Source of the DNA: a virus
DNA: 64,000 bases
IMG/VR virus record: IMGVR_UViG_3300025816_000008
Location: 1-64,000 of that record
Reading direction: 5' to 3' (one strand)
How positions within the stretch are numbered: position 1 is the first letter of the stretch; the number at the start of each line of letters is the position of its first letter. The notes beneath the pieces were generated by a model. That model was not told the origin of the DNA and ran no database searches. It was given only the letters and a program-made list of their open reading frames with translations. The translations under genes and the position numbers were made by a program. Positions 10,242 to 19,231 of this stretch are shown here, one piece after another.

Positions 10242-10827
10242 AATTTCTTTCTATATAATACTTAGTTGGTTTATAAGAATCATTTTTAACAAACCGACTA
10301 GATTTTACTAATTCAAATTTAATATTATAATGTTTAGCTATATTTTCGCAATTTTCTATATCATTTTCATTGTACTTAAATACTATATATCTCCATGTAG
10401 AGTTGAGTCCCATCGATGCACATAACTTCATTGCTTCGAATAATGCTTCTCCGTCTTGGTTAATACGATATTTGTGACTATCTTCGGGGTATCCATCTAA
10501 ACCAAATATCCATGTTGCATTTTTATTTGCGTTAAATGCCTTTTCATACCATGATATTTTTTTACCTGTTGCTGCATTATGCACTTCACAGAAAATATTT
10601 TTTTCATAATTTAATTTTAGAAAATTAATAAGGTTTGGATTCATTACAGGATCAGAAGCATTGCCACAAAAAATTATAGAATCAAAGTAATTAATGATTT
10701 TTTTATATTCGTGTAAAGATAAATCACAACCTGGAACTTTTAAATTATTAGTTCTATAAGTTTTTCTTAAACACTTAGAGCATTCTAAAGTACACTTATG
10801 ACTTATACACAAATTAATTGATTTCAT
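10213..10827 (-). CDS. Radical SAM enzyme (core domain only)
   Basis: CTLECSKC, CGNASDP, FGLDG, IVFKYNE; start moved to ATG 10827, just after the nitroreductase stop. Confidence 0.8.
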   Translation of the reverse strand: MKSINLCISHKCTLECSKCLRKTYRTNNLKVPGCDLSLHEYKKIINYFDSIIFCGNASDPVMNPNLINFLKLNYEKNIFCEVHNAATGKKISWYEKAFNANKNATWIFGLDGYPEDSHKYRINQDGEALFEAMKLCASMGLNSTWRYIVFKYNENDIENCENIAKHYNIKFELVKSSRFVKNDSYKPTKYYIERNYGSSKMSKC

Positions 10828-10831
10828 AAGA

Positions 10832-11512
10832 TTAAATAACTTTTGAAATATCAACGGACAAGATATGTTTTCGCATACTATTTCCATCTTTAACTATTAT
10901 TTTTTTAGACATTTTTGGAAATATAAAACTTGAATCAAAATGATGTTCACGACTATTTCTTGCATGATCTTCGAATCCTACTCCTACCATAAGTAATACT
11001 TCTTCTCCAAACATTTCTTTTATTTCTGGCATACTATGTTGTGCGTTATAAAAACCTGTTTTATAACCAAGAAGATGTGCAGTAAGTGTAAGGTATGCAG
11101 AAGCTATCCCCACTGCTCTACCTTCATCAAGTAAAGCTCCAGGATTTAATTTAATATTTTTACCATCAGTAATCCCCATAGCGTATTCAACTTCTGTTCT
11201 AGGTTTTTCTGAATAATCTCTATCGCGAATAAACACTACAAGCAAATTAGCCATGATTTGAGAATTAGTAACAGCTAAGCGAGGGTCGAATTGATAAACA
11301 AAAGACTTAGTAGTTTCTAATATATATTCTATAACATCGCTGTCTGTAATAAACACAGGACTATAGAACACTCTGTTTTGTTTAGAAGGACATTCTTTAA
11401 CAGCGGTTTTTAATATATCAATATGTTCTGCTGGAATTTTTTTTGTTAAATCCCAATTTCTTTGACAGTGTTGAGATTCTTTAATTATCCTCTTTAAATC
11501 TAGATTGTTCAT
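10832..11512 (-). CDS. Nitroreductase-like flavoprotein
   Basis: IIKESQHCQRNWD, CPSKQN, AVGIASAYLTLTAHLLGYKTGF, LMVGVGF; start at ATG 11512 (ATGA overlap). Confidence 0.7.
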   Translation of the reverse strand: MNNLDLKRIIKESQHCQRNWDLTKKIPAEHIDILKTAVKECPSKQNRVFYSPVFITDSDVIEYILETTKSFVYQFDPRLAVTNSQIMANLLVVFIRDRDYSEKPRTEVEYAMGITDGKNIKLNPGALLDEGRAVGIASAYLTLTAHLLGYKTGFYNAQHSMPEIKEMFGEEVLLMVGVGFEDHARNSREHHFDSSFIFPKMSKKIIVKDGNSMRKHILSVDISKVI

Positions 11513-12249
11513 ATTTTTATCCAATTTATGATTTTAGCTTGCAAGTCGAATTCCCACCATTGTTCACCATGAGTATATTTTTTTTGATTTGCGTGATGGT
11601 TATTATGCCAACCATCGCCTAATGTTAAAATGCTAACTAAAAAAGAATTATATGAATGATCTAACGTATCGTGATTTCTATATCCCCATTTATGAACAAT
11701 TATGCTACCTAACATTGTATTAGTAAAAACAACTGTTATTGGTATACAGAAGAATATTATTAATCCAATTAAACCACTGATGCTGGTAATAATAAAGCCC
11801 CATAGTAATAATAAATATATGTAGTTGTTATGAACAAATATTTGAATTTTATCGTGTATTAAATCTCTTAATGTTTTAAATCCTACTGGTTTTTTCCCTA
11901 AATATGTACAAAGCCATATGCTCAATATAGAATGATGATGTGGACTTTGTGAATCTTCTAAAGTGTCTGAAGTTTTATGATGGTGTCTATGTAATGCAAC
12001 CCATGATAGTGGAGAACCTAAAGCACACGGAATACTTATAAAAATTAACACGATTTCAGTAATTCTGGACACAGTAAAGCCTCGATGAGCAAAATATCTA
12101 TGTAAAGAAACACCTTGTCCAATAACATGAAAAAATAATCCGACGATTAATCCATATATTAAATATTTAAAATCAAATGTAAATAATGCAAATGCAGTAG
12201 CGACATGGGATACTAACCATATTAGTCTTAAAACATATAAAGAAATCAT
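11509..12249 (-). CDS. Membrane-bound fatty acid desaturase (delta-9-like)
   Basis: Three His boxes HRYFAH, HRHHH, HNNHH; GDGWHNNHH and WWEFD; hydrophobic segments. Confidence 0.85.
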   Translation of the reverse strand: MISLYVLRLIWLVSHVATAFALFTFDFKYLIYGLIVGLFFHVIGQGVSLHRYFAHRGFTVSRITEIVLIFISIPCALGSPLSWVALHRHHHKTSDTLEDSQSPHHHSILSIWLCTYLGKKPVGFKTLRDLIHDKIQIFVHNNYIYLLLLWGFIITSISGLIGLIIFFCIPITVVFTNTMLGSIIVHKWGYRNHDTLDHSYNSFLVSILTLGDGWHNNHHANQKKYTHGEQWWEFDLQAKIINWIKI

Positions 12250-12656
12250 AATTTTAATTTTTTTAATGTTAAAAGAACATCATTGACATGGCCATCAACA
12301 TTTACGTTTCTCCATTCGTATGCTATTTCTGATTTTTCATTTATTAAAAATGTAGATCGGTTTTCTACTTTAAATGCCTCTTTAGCAATTTTATTACTAT
12401 CGCATAAAAGTGGTATAGTTAATGAATATTTTTTTGCAAAATCATTATGACTTTCAATACTATCTTTAGATACACCAACAACTATAGTGTCGAGTTTTTT
12501 AAAATCATCTAAAGAATTTTCAAATTCTATGCTTTCACGTGTGCAGTGCGGCGTATCATCTTTAGGATAGAAAAATAAAACTAACCATGAAGGCCTTATA
12601 TCTTTAAGATATAAGTACTGGCCATGATTACTTAATAGCTTAATATCAGATATCAT
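12246..12656 (-). CDS. bcp: Peroxiredoxin, BCP/PrxQ type
   Basis: FFYPKDDTPHCTRE (PxxxTxxC), VGVSKDSIESH, RSTFLI. Confidence 0.85.
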   Translation of the reverse strand: MISDIKLLSNHGQYLYLKDIRPSWLVLFFYPKDDTPHCTRESIEFENSLDDFKKLDTIVVGVSKDSIESHNDFAKKYSLTIPLLCDSNKIAKEAFKVENRSTFLINEKSEIAYEWRNVNVDGHVNDVLLTLKKLKL

Positions 12657-12664
12657 AATTAATC

Positions 12665-13126
12665 CTATTCAGTTTCTGCAGATTCAAATATTGTGATTGC
12701 AATTCTAGTTTCTGTTATATCGTATATATTATGAAACTTGCTTAGGTCTAAAAAATACCATTGTTTTTCAGGTAATACAACTCTTTCAATTTCGTTTTTA
12801 TCATCGTCAAACCAAACTGTACTAACATTTTCTCCGCCGCTTTTAATAATATAATTAAAAGCTGCAGCTCTACCCTTATCTTTATGTATTAATAATTCTC
12901 TAGTAATAAGTTGTATTTTTATTTTCATATTATTTGCAAAATGTGGAGACAAATAATCTATAATTGCAGAGCTAGGTTGATGTAAAGAATACCATGGAAT
13001 TTCGTAATTTTCTCCATCTCTAGCTTCAAAAGTATTAATAGTCGTTCTAACATTTTCTTCGGTTATTTGATTTACAAGATTTTGTGGAAGATCCGGTAAG
13101 TCTGGATAATGTGTGTATAATCCCAT
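12665..13126 (-). CDS. Putative Fe(II)/2OG-type (DSBH) dioxygenase
   Basis: IHKD (HxD), distal KFHNI, terminal RIAITI strand. Confidence 0.55.
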   Translation of the reverse strand: MGLYTHYPDLPDLPQNLVNQITEENVRTTINTFEARDGENYEIPWYSLHQPSSAIIDYLSPHFANNMKIKIQLITRELLIHKDKGRAAAFNYIIKSGGENVSTVWFDDDKNEIERVVLPEKQWYFLDLSKFHNIYDITETRIAITIFESAETE

Positions 13127-13821
13127 TATAATATCCTTTTTTTAAAAATTTCTTTGATTTCATTTATATTTTTTATATAGTATTCTTTAGAAAATTCTAA
13201 ATTTAATTTATGAATATGTTCGTAATAGATACTAAACTTTCTAGTATTTATTCCATTTATTTCTAAATACTGTATTGGATCAATAGATAATTTTTCATAA
13301 TTAAGTATTATTGGATTTGATATGCTCAATATATAATTTTTATCTTTTTGCCATTGCTCTTCTATTTGAAAAAAGTTTAATGCATATTCAATTGGACATA
13401 CAAACGGTGGTATAATGTGTTTTTCATTATTTTTTTTATTCCATACATCACTGTGAAATGCTAAAATATAAGAGAGATATTGATCGTATTTGTTTTCTCT
13501 ATCAAGAAGAATTATATCATAATTCTTGACTATAAATTTTATTATTCTAAGATTTAAATGAGTAGAAATAATTTTAATAGTATTTTTACAATTATATTTT
13601 TTTAATAAATTTATTCTATATTCAATTTCTTCATTTAATGGAAAATATTCTCTATTACTTTTTAATAATCTTTCGCCGTTATCAATAGAACTCCAACCTG
13701 GATATACAGTATTAAAAAATTCATCATTTAATTTAATATTATAATCAGACGAAAAATCACGTAGCATCCTGAAAAGAAAAGTACTACCTGATCTCATTGG
13801 TGAAATTATAGCATAAGTCAT
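13126..13821 (-). CDS. Sulfotransferase (Stf0-like)
   Basis: 5'-PSB PMRSGSTFL, 3'-PB LLDRENKYDQYLS, LNYEKL. Confidence 0.7.
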   Translation of the reverse strand: MTYAIISPMRSGSTFLFRMLRDFSSDYNIKLNDEFFNTVYPGWSSIDNGERLLKSNREYFPLNEEIEYRINLLKKYNCKNTIKIISTHLNLRIIKFIVKNYDIILLDRENKYDQYLSYILAFHSDVWNKKNNEKHIIPPFVCPIEYALNFFQIEEQWQKDKNYILSISNPIILNYEKLSIDPIQYLEINGINTRKFSIYYEHIHKLNLEFSKEYYIKNINEIKEIFKKRIL

Positions 13822-14606
13822 TAATCTGATTTTATTAATTTAACAAAATATTTTCCTAAATCGAATTCTCCAGGTTTATGATCCATATGCCATGAATTAG
13901 GATAGTGATGATGGTTGTTATGCAAAAACCCTCCCCAACTATACCAGCATAGTAGATAAGACATTAATCGTCTATTAGTAGAATTATCTTTTCTTTCAAA
14001 ATTCTTATACCCTTTGTCATGTTTGTCTGTGTGGTGTACTAATACTACGTTTAGCAAACTAAAACTATGAATAGTTATTACAGTTCCATAAATCATTCCA
14101 AACACAGCAATAGGCCACCAGATAATTAGTAATGTAATAAATGTTGTCCAATAGATTTTATAGAAGTTTCTATCTAGCCACATAACATACGAATCACGCA
14201 TCACATCTCTTGCTTGAAAAACGTTTATTTGTTCAAGCTTTCCCAAATATGTGCTATATAAACTAGATTTTATCAATCCGCTATTAGGGCTATGTGGGTC
14301 ATCATCAGTATCAGCGTGTGCGTGATGTTTTCGGTGCATGCATACAAAAAATATAGGAGATCCCAAGCCAGAAATAGAACCAAGGTATAATACAATCCTC
14401 TTTGTCCATTCTTTCATTTTAAATGATCGATGTGTTAAATACCTATGAAATCCAAGTTCAAAACCAAACTGGGAAGTTAATAAGTAGAAAAAAATTCCAA
14501 AACTTATGTAATGCCAATTATCGAATAATACTGGTAATGTGGAAAGCATTATAAGATGAACTGGAAAAAATATCTTTTTAGCATATTGCGTAAATTTCAT
14601 TTTCAT
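13821..14606 (-). CDS. Membrane-bound fatty acid desaturase (delta-9-like)
   Basis: His boxes HRYLTH, HRKHH, HNNHH; DTDDDPHSP; EFDLG. Confidence 0.85.
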   Translation of the reverse strand: MKMKFTQYAKKIFFPVHLIMLSTLPVLFDNWHYISFGIFFYLLTSQFGFELGFHRYLTHRSFKMKEWTKRIVLYLGSISGLGSPIFFVCMHRKHHAHADTDDDPHSPNSGLIKSSLYSTYLGKLEQINVFQARDVMRDSYVMWLDRNFYKIYWTTFITLLIIWWPIAVFGMIYGTVITIHSFSLLNVVLVHHTDKHDKGYKNFERKDNSTNRRLMSYLLCWYSWGGFLHNNHHHYPNSWHMDHKPGEFDLGKYFVKLIKSD

Positions 14607-15288
14607 TTTCCTCGTCTTCTAGTTGTCTTATATTAAACATCTTATCGCCATTTTGGATGAGTTTATCTGACGCTAATTGAAAAGATAAATTCACACGAGT
14701 TTCGTCATAAGGATTTGCAACAAAATGCGGTAAACAACTATTTAAATAATATGCATATCCTGGTTCTAACACATACACACCAAATTTTTCATTGATACTA
14801 TTTTTAACAAACACGTGATATTTTGTACTAATAGGTATATGGATTTTAAATCCATGAACTTCACAATTTAAATTATCTATATGTGGTTTAAGTCGTTTTT
14901 TCGGAGCAGCGCACATATATTGTTGCCTAAATGTTGGTCCAAAAGATTCAAGCACAGATTTAGTATTTTTCATTACTTCATCTTTTAAAATATTTGTGCC
15001 AAATTTACGTAATGAATACGAAATATAGTCGTTGCCATTCCAGCCTAATTTCACTAGATGTTTTTTTACTTCTTTTGGTGTAGCATCTATTAATATATCT
15101 TCAAGAGAATTTAAGAAATTATTTTCCAAGCTTTTAAAGGTATTGATGTATTCCTCAAAAAGTATGGCGGTGTTAAACGGCCCAGCGATACTAACTACTG
15201 CTGGATACTTTAAGTAATCACCAGTCACATTAACTGGAATTGTCTCGAAATCACCAATCGGCACAATATCATTTTTTAAGGTATCCAT
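14578..15288 (-). CDS. Aspartyl/asparaginyl beta-hydroxylase-like Fe(II)/2OG dioxygenase
   Basis: LKPHID, FKIHIPI, LEPGYAYYLN..PHFVAN..TRVNL. Confidence 0.75.
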   Translation of the reverse strand: MDTLKNDIVPIGDFETIPVNVTGDYLKYPAVVSIAGPFNTAILFEEYINTFKSLENNFLNSLEDILIDATPKEVKKHLVKLGWNGNDYISYSLRKFGTNILKDEVMKNTKSVLESFGPTFRQQYMCAAPKKRLKPHIDNLNCEVHGFKIHIPISTKYHVFVKNSINEKFGVYVLEPGYAYYLNSCLPHFVANPYDETRVNLSFQLASDKLIQNGDKMFNIRQLEDEENENEIYAIC

Positions 15289-15884
15289 ATTATGTGATCT
15301 CCGTATTTTTTATAACTTCTTTCTAATAAATCAAAGTGTTGTTTTTTATCTAGCCATATATGTAAAAACATAATGTATCTATTTGGATCATATATACTAT
15401 TCCAATGCCATATGTTTGTGTGCCCCATGACATACCAGTCAGTATCTTCAGGCAGTTCTGGATGAAAAACATTTTCACCTACTTCAATAGCTAAAGGATT
15501 TTTCACTTCTCCTTGTAAAATCATTCTGTATCCACATGGCTCACATTCAAGATTATGTTTATATAGATCAGGATTAACTTCAGGGTAAAAGAAATCTAAA
15601 TGTCTATGTTGTGGTCCTGCAGAATCCATTCTGTGAATTTTTACATTTACTAATTCTTTAATGGGTATATGTTGTTTTAAGTATTCCTTGAGCTTAAGTT
15701 GATTAACAGACATAGAATCTATCCATTTTGATTTACCATAATCTTTGCGTTTTTCAGTAAATCGCTGTAAACCATGAGCAAAAGGAATAGATTGTTCAAC
15801 ATATTCGTCGACAATAAACTTACTAAATTTAAATTTTGGGATGTCTACTGGCATCCATGCTATTTTAGAAAAATCAATATTCAC
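15276..15884 (-). CDS. Putative Fe(II)/2OG-type dioxygenase; paralog of 17198..17830
   Basis: HRHLD, distal IWH, RYIM; shares EPxxYR, LPExTD and LLxRSxxKYGD with 17198..17830. Confidence 0.6.
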   Translation of the reverse strand: MNIDFSKIAWMPVDIPKFKFSKFIVDEYVEQSIPFAHGLQRFTEKRKDYGKSKWIDSMSVNQLKLKEYLKQHIPIKELVNVKIHRMDSAGPQHRHLDFFYPEVNPDLYKHNLECEPCGYRMILQGEVKNPLAIEVGENVFHPELPEDTDWYVMGHTNIWHWNSIYDPNRYIMFLHIWLDKKQHFDLLERSYKKYGDHIIWIP

Positions 15885-16608
15885 CGGTTAATCCTGTCTC
15901 TGATCTAAATTTGTCACTAAATGTTCCCCAAATTTTCATGCTAACTGCTAGATGGTTTATAGCATCGGCGCCGTGATAATCTCGCTCATTAAAAAAACAT
16001 GATGTGGAGGTAATATTAATTTTTTTATTTGTATCAGTATCGTATATAAAGAATGATTTTTCTGGAGTTATTTTAAACCATAGAAATTCTGACTTATGAA
16101 ACTGATCATCTGGCGTATGTTTATCAGCGTGAATCACTGTAGGATTCATTGATTCCACTATATAAAATACAACTTTTTTAATAGTTTTAAATGGCAAACA
16201 TTTAGACCATTCTACTAATTCAGGAAACAATTTTGCGTTTTCTGTCCAGTCACCCTTTTCCCATAATACTAATGTACTAAACGGCTGGCTTCCGCCCATT
16301 AATTTAAGAAATATTCGTTGTTGTTCTGGCTCTAGTTTGGTGTATATATTTTTACATTCTGATGAATCATCCATACTTATAATTTCGTTATTCTTAGGAA
16401 AAAGAGGAACTAATGGCTTTCCAACATAATTTACTATATTATGCAAGTCATTGGGATCAAGAAACTCAAACTCTGAATTAAAATATTCAGAAACGTACGG
16501 CTTACTTTTTGCAATACCTTCGTATATTTTAAGTCTAAGGGAATCTAATTTTGTTGCGTTAGTATATTCATCAGCGTTAAAGTATGACTTGCCTAAAATA
16601 CCTTTCAT
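15874..16608 (-). CDS. Putative Fe(II)/2OG-type dioxygenase
   Basis: VIHAD (HxD), FFNERDYHG distal His, terminal SMKI strand. Confidence 0.55.
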   Translation of the reverse strand: MKGILGKSYFNADEYTNATKLDSLRLKIYEGIAKSKPYVSEYFNSEFEFLDPNDLHNIVNYVGKPLVPLFPKNNEIISMDDSSECKNIYTKLEPEQQRIFLKLMGGSQPFSTLVLWEKGDWTENAKLFPELVEWSKCLPFKTIKKVVFYIVESMNPTVIHADKHTPDDQFHKSEFLWFKITPEKSFFIYDTDTNKKINITSTSCFFNERDYHGADAINHLAVSMKIWGTFSDKFRSETGLTGEY

Positions 16609-17201
16609 AATATCTCCTTCAATGCAAAATTATAATTGCTGTTAATTTTATAATAGAAAATAGTTTGTAGCGTATTGTTAAATAATACTGGCTTATTAAA
16701 ATATTCAAACTTTCCTAATAGAGGTTTGTTTTTATTTGATTTGCGTTTTTTTAAATAATTACTAAACACTTTAAGAGTTTTATTATGTTCATATATTGTA
16801 AAAAATATAGCTTGTTTGTTTATATTTTTAGCATAATCAAGATGCTGATCTATTACTCCATCTTTATGCCATGTATAATTGTTTGCTATCTGCCGGAATT
16901 CAAACAAAGAATACCGATGCATTAAGATTCTAACGCTATTATTGTGTATTGCAGCGCCAGATATACCAACGATCTGATCGTTAATCTTAATAGCTTCTAT
17001 ACAATCAAAATAAGTTTTATCCCATTTCTTGTTACTAAACTTATAGATCTCCTCGATAAACTTGTTATTATAAAACTTGTTAACAAGTTCGTTATAAGAA
17101 AAATCTATGCTAGCCGATGCGCCTAGTTCATTATAAACCTTATGTCTAAAATGTGTTAGGTCAAAATCCCATTTATCATAATATCTCTCTATTGTTATCA
17201 C
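16605..17201 (-). CDS. Hypothetical protein, possibly GNAT-fold acyltransferase
   Basis: GTG start overlapping upstream TGA; DQIVGISG, RILMHRYSL..FR, AIFFTI pattern. Confidence 0.35.
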   Translation of the reverse strand: MITIERYYDKWDFDLTHFRHKVYNELGASASIDFSYNELVNKFYNNKFIEEIYKFSNKKWDKTYFDCIEAIKINDQIVGISGAAIHNNSVRILMHRYSLFEFRQIANNYTWHKDGVIDQHLDYAKNINKQAIFFTIYEHNKTLKVFSNYLKKRKSNKNKPLLGKFEYFNKPVLFNNTLQTIFYYKINSNYNFALKEIL

Positions 17202-17830
17202 TTTAAATCAGATCTTTTAACTAAGTAATCTCCGTATTTTTCTAAACTTCTTGTTAAAAGATTTTGATGTTTTTCTATATCTATATATCCATTTGTAATT
17301 ATAATAATTCTATCGGATTGAAAATCAACACCATGAACTTGATCAGTGTATGGCATTGCATAGACGTCAGTAGTTTCTGGTAAAATTGGATAAATCCTAT
17401 CTTCGATTTTACTATCTACGCTTTTTGAAACGTATACAGTATTTTTTCTTTCTCCTGATATAACTAGTCTATATGAACTTGGTTCATTTTTCTTTAAATG
17501 ATCAAAAACATCGGGTCTTCTATTTGGATCTTGATAATCGACATGAGGATGAACTACGTCTTTTGATTTCATCATTTTTGCATGGATATAATCAGTAAAA
17601 GGTATATGGTCAATCATCCATTGTTTAAGTTCAGGATATTTTTCTATTATTTCTTGTGTCCATTTATCAGTAGGTTCAAAGTTTTTTGTTTTTTCAAACA
17701 ACCGGATCGCATCCCACCAGCCATAGACAAACTCGGTTTCAAAATTCTTAATTATAGAATGTTTATTAGGAATTAAAGGTAAATCTATCGGAAGAAATGC
17801 AATATCTAAAAAATCTATGTTGTTAGTCAT
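17198..17830 (-). CDS. Putative Fe(II)/2OG-type dioxygenase; paralog of 15276..15884
   Basis: HPHVD, distal QVHG, DRIII. Confidence 0.6.
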   Translation of the reverse strand: MTNNIDFLDIAFLPIDLPLIPNKHSIIKNFETEFVYGWWDAIRLFEKTKNFEPTDKWTQEIIEKYPELKQWMIDHIPFTDYIHAKMMKSKDVVHPHVDYQDPNRRPDVFDHLKKNEPSSYRLVISGERKNTVYVSKSVDSKIEDRIYPILPETTDVYAMPYTDQVHGVDFQSDRIIIITNGYIDIEKHQNLLTRSLEKYGDYLVKRSDLK

Positions 17831-17836
17831 TTTCGA

Positions 17837-18568
17837 TTAGTCCTTTATATCTAAAACTTCACTAATTACTTCTTGACTATCAATACTAATAATTAAATGA
17901 TCACGCGCTGTCGGCCCGTTATTTACTGCGTAATGTTTATAACCAGGATTAATAAACCACACTGATCCGTCTGCAGGAATATGATATTTTATTTCATTTC
18001 CATCTTTATCAAATCCACCATTATAACACTCTTTATTAGTATCAACTGCGATGTGCAATCTAATGCCGTATTGAGTATCGTAATCGATGTGAGGTTTAAT
18101 ATTGCTTCCAGCTTGTAAACGTGCAAATCGTGTTCTATGTGCTCCATTAAACATGCCGAAAATCTCGCGCATGTATTCAGGAACGTCATCTTTCATTTTA
18201 CGATACCAGCGCTCATCTGCTACAGGGTCACCTTTTGCAATTCTATTGTCCCATACGGTGTTTGATTTTTCTTCGCGCTGGGATAAGTCATACGACTTGT
18301 CAAATTCAACAAGACTTAATTGTTGATAACTAGCATCTTCCCAATTAAGCTCTGTAATACAATCGACGCTTTTTAATTCGTCTTCATTAAAAAACATTTT
18401 TGGTAGTTTAGTATGGGTTTCACACATATGTTGATAATCAAATCCAAGGCCATCCCAGGTTTTACCTTCTGAAAATTGAGCTAACTCATCTTTAAGTCTT
18501 TTAATGTCAATTTGTATATCCAGTTTCTTAAGCACCGGTAATTCATTTCTTTTTTTCCACTTTTTCAT
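17837..18568 (-). CDS. Aspartyl/asparaginyl beta-hydroxylase-like Fe(II)/2OG dioxygenase
   Basis: RTRFARLQAGSNIKPHID, IRLHIA, DGSVWFIN..KHYAVNNG..ARDHLII; AGGAG RBS. Confidence 0.8.
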   Translation of the reverse strand: MKKWKKRNELPVLKKLDIQIDIKRLKDELAQFSEGKTWDGLGFDYQHMCETHTKLPKMFFNEDELKSVDCITELNWEDASYQQLSLVEFDKSYDLSQREEKSNTVWDNRIAKGDPVADERWYRKMKDDVPEYMREIFGMFNGAHRTRFARLQAGSNIKPHIDYDTQYGIRLHIAVDTNKECYNGGFDKDGNEIKYHIPADGSVWFINPGYKHYAVNNGPTARDHLIISIDSQEVISEVLDIKD

Positions 18569-18589
18569 TATACATCTCCTATGCGTACG

Positions 18590-19219
18590 TTATTTATTAA
18601 ATAGTTTCTCAGCAAGCCAACCGCCAGTATCAAATTTATGCAGTCTAATTCTTTTCCAATTATCGTGATGGTTTTTATGGTAACCTTCACCCGCAATAAA
18701 TAAATTTAACCAAGGAACGTTTAAAGGACCATTTCCATGTCCAAAAGTGTTTAATAATCCAAAACCAATTTTAGCAAAAATAAAAGGAATTAACGCAAAA
18801 GCAATAAAAAAATACGGAGATATTATATAACTGACTATCCATACTATACACACTATTTTAAACCAATGGTTATGACAAAAAACCAGCTTAGGATTTTTAT
18901 ATAAATCTCGAGCATATTTCGAAGGAATTTTAGGAAGATTCCAAGTAGTAGTTAAAACTTTCCAAAAGCCTACGTATTTTGGAGCATGAGGATCTTTGGG
19001 GCCATCACTATGCTGATGATGCATTCTATGAGATGCTATCCAACCAATAGGAGATTTTATAACTACTATCATTAACATAGCTAATCCAATTGTTTCAAAC
19101 CATCCTGGTACTTTAAATTGTTTATGACAATAGTGACGATGTAGCAGTATACTTGCTGCTAAGTGAGAAATTATTTCACTCCATATTAAACCAATTAATA
19201 TTGCTAATGTTAATTCCAT
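18590..19219 (-). CDS. Compact membrane-bound fatty acid desaturase
   Basis: His boxes HRHYCH, HRMHH, GEGYHKNHH; DGPKDPH; only 209 aa. Confidence 0.8.
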   Translation of the reverse strand: MELTLAILIGLIWSEIISHLAASILLHRHYCHKQFKVPGWFETIGLAMLMIVVIKSPIGWIASHRMHHQHSDGPKDPHAPKYVGFWKVLTTTWNLPKIPSKYARDLYKNPKLVFCHNHWFKIVCIVWIVSYIISPYFFIAFALIPFIFAKIGFGLLNTFGHGNGPLNVPWLNLFIAGEGYHKNHHDNWKRIRLHKFDTGGWLAEKLFNK

Positions 19220-19231
19220 TAGTTTATCCTT

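Noticed and set aside
6687-10827. Classical RiPP cluster
   Set aside because: No short precursor peptide, RRE/PqqD protein, peptidase or exporter recognised nearby
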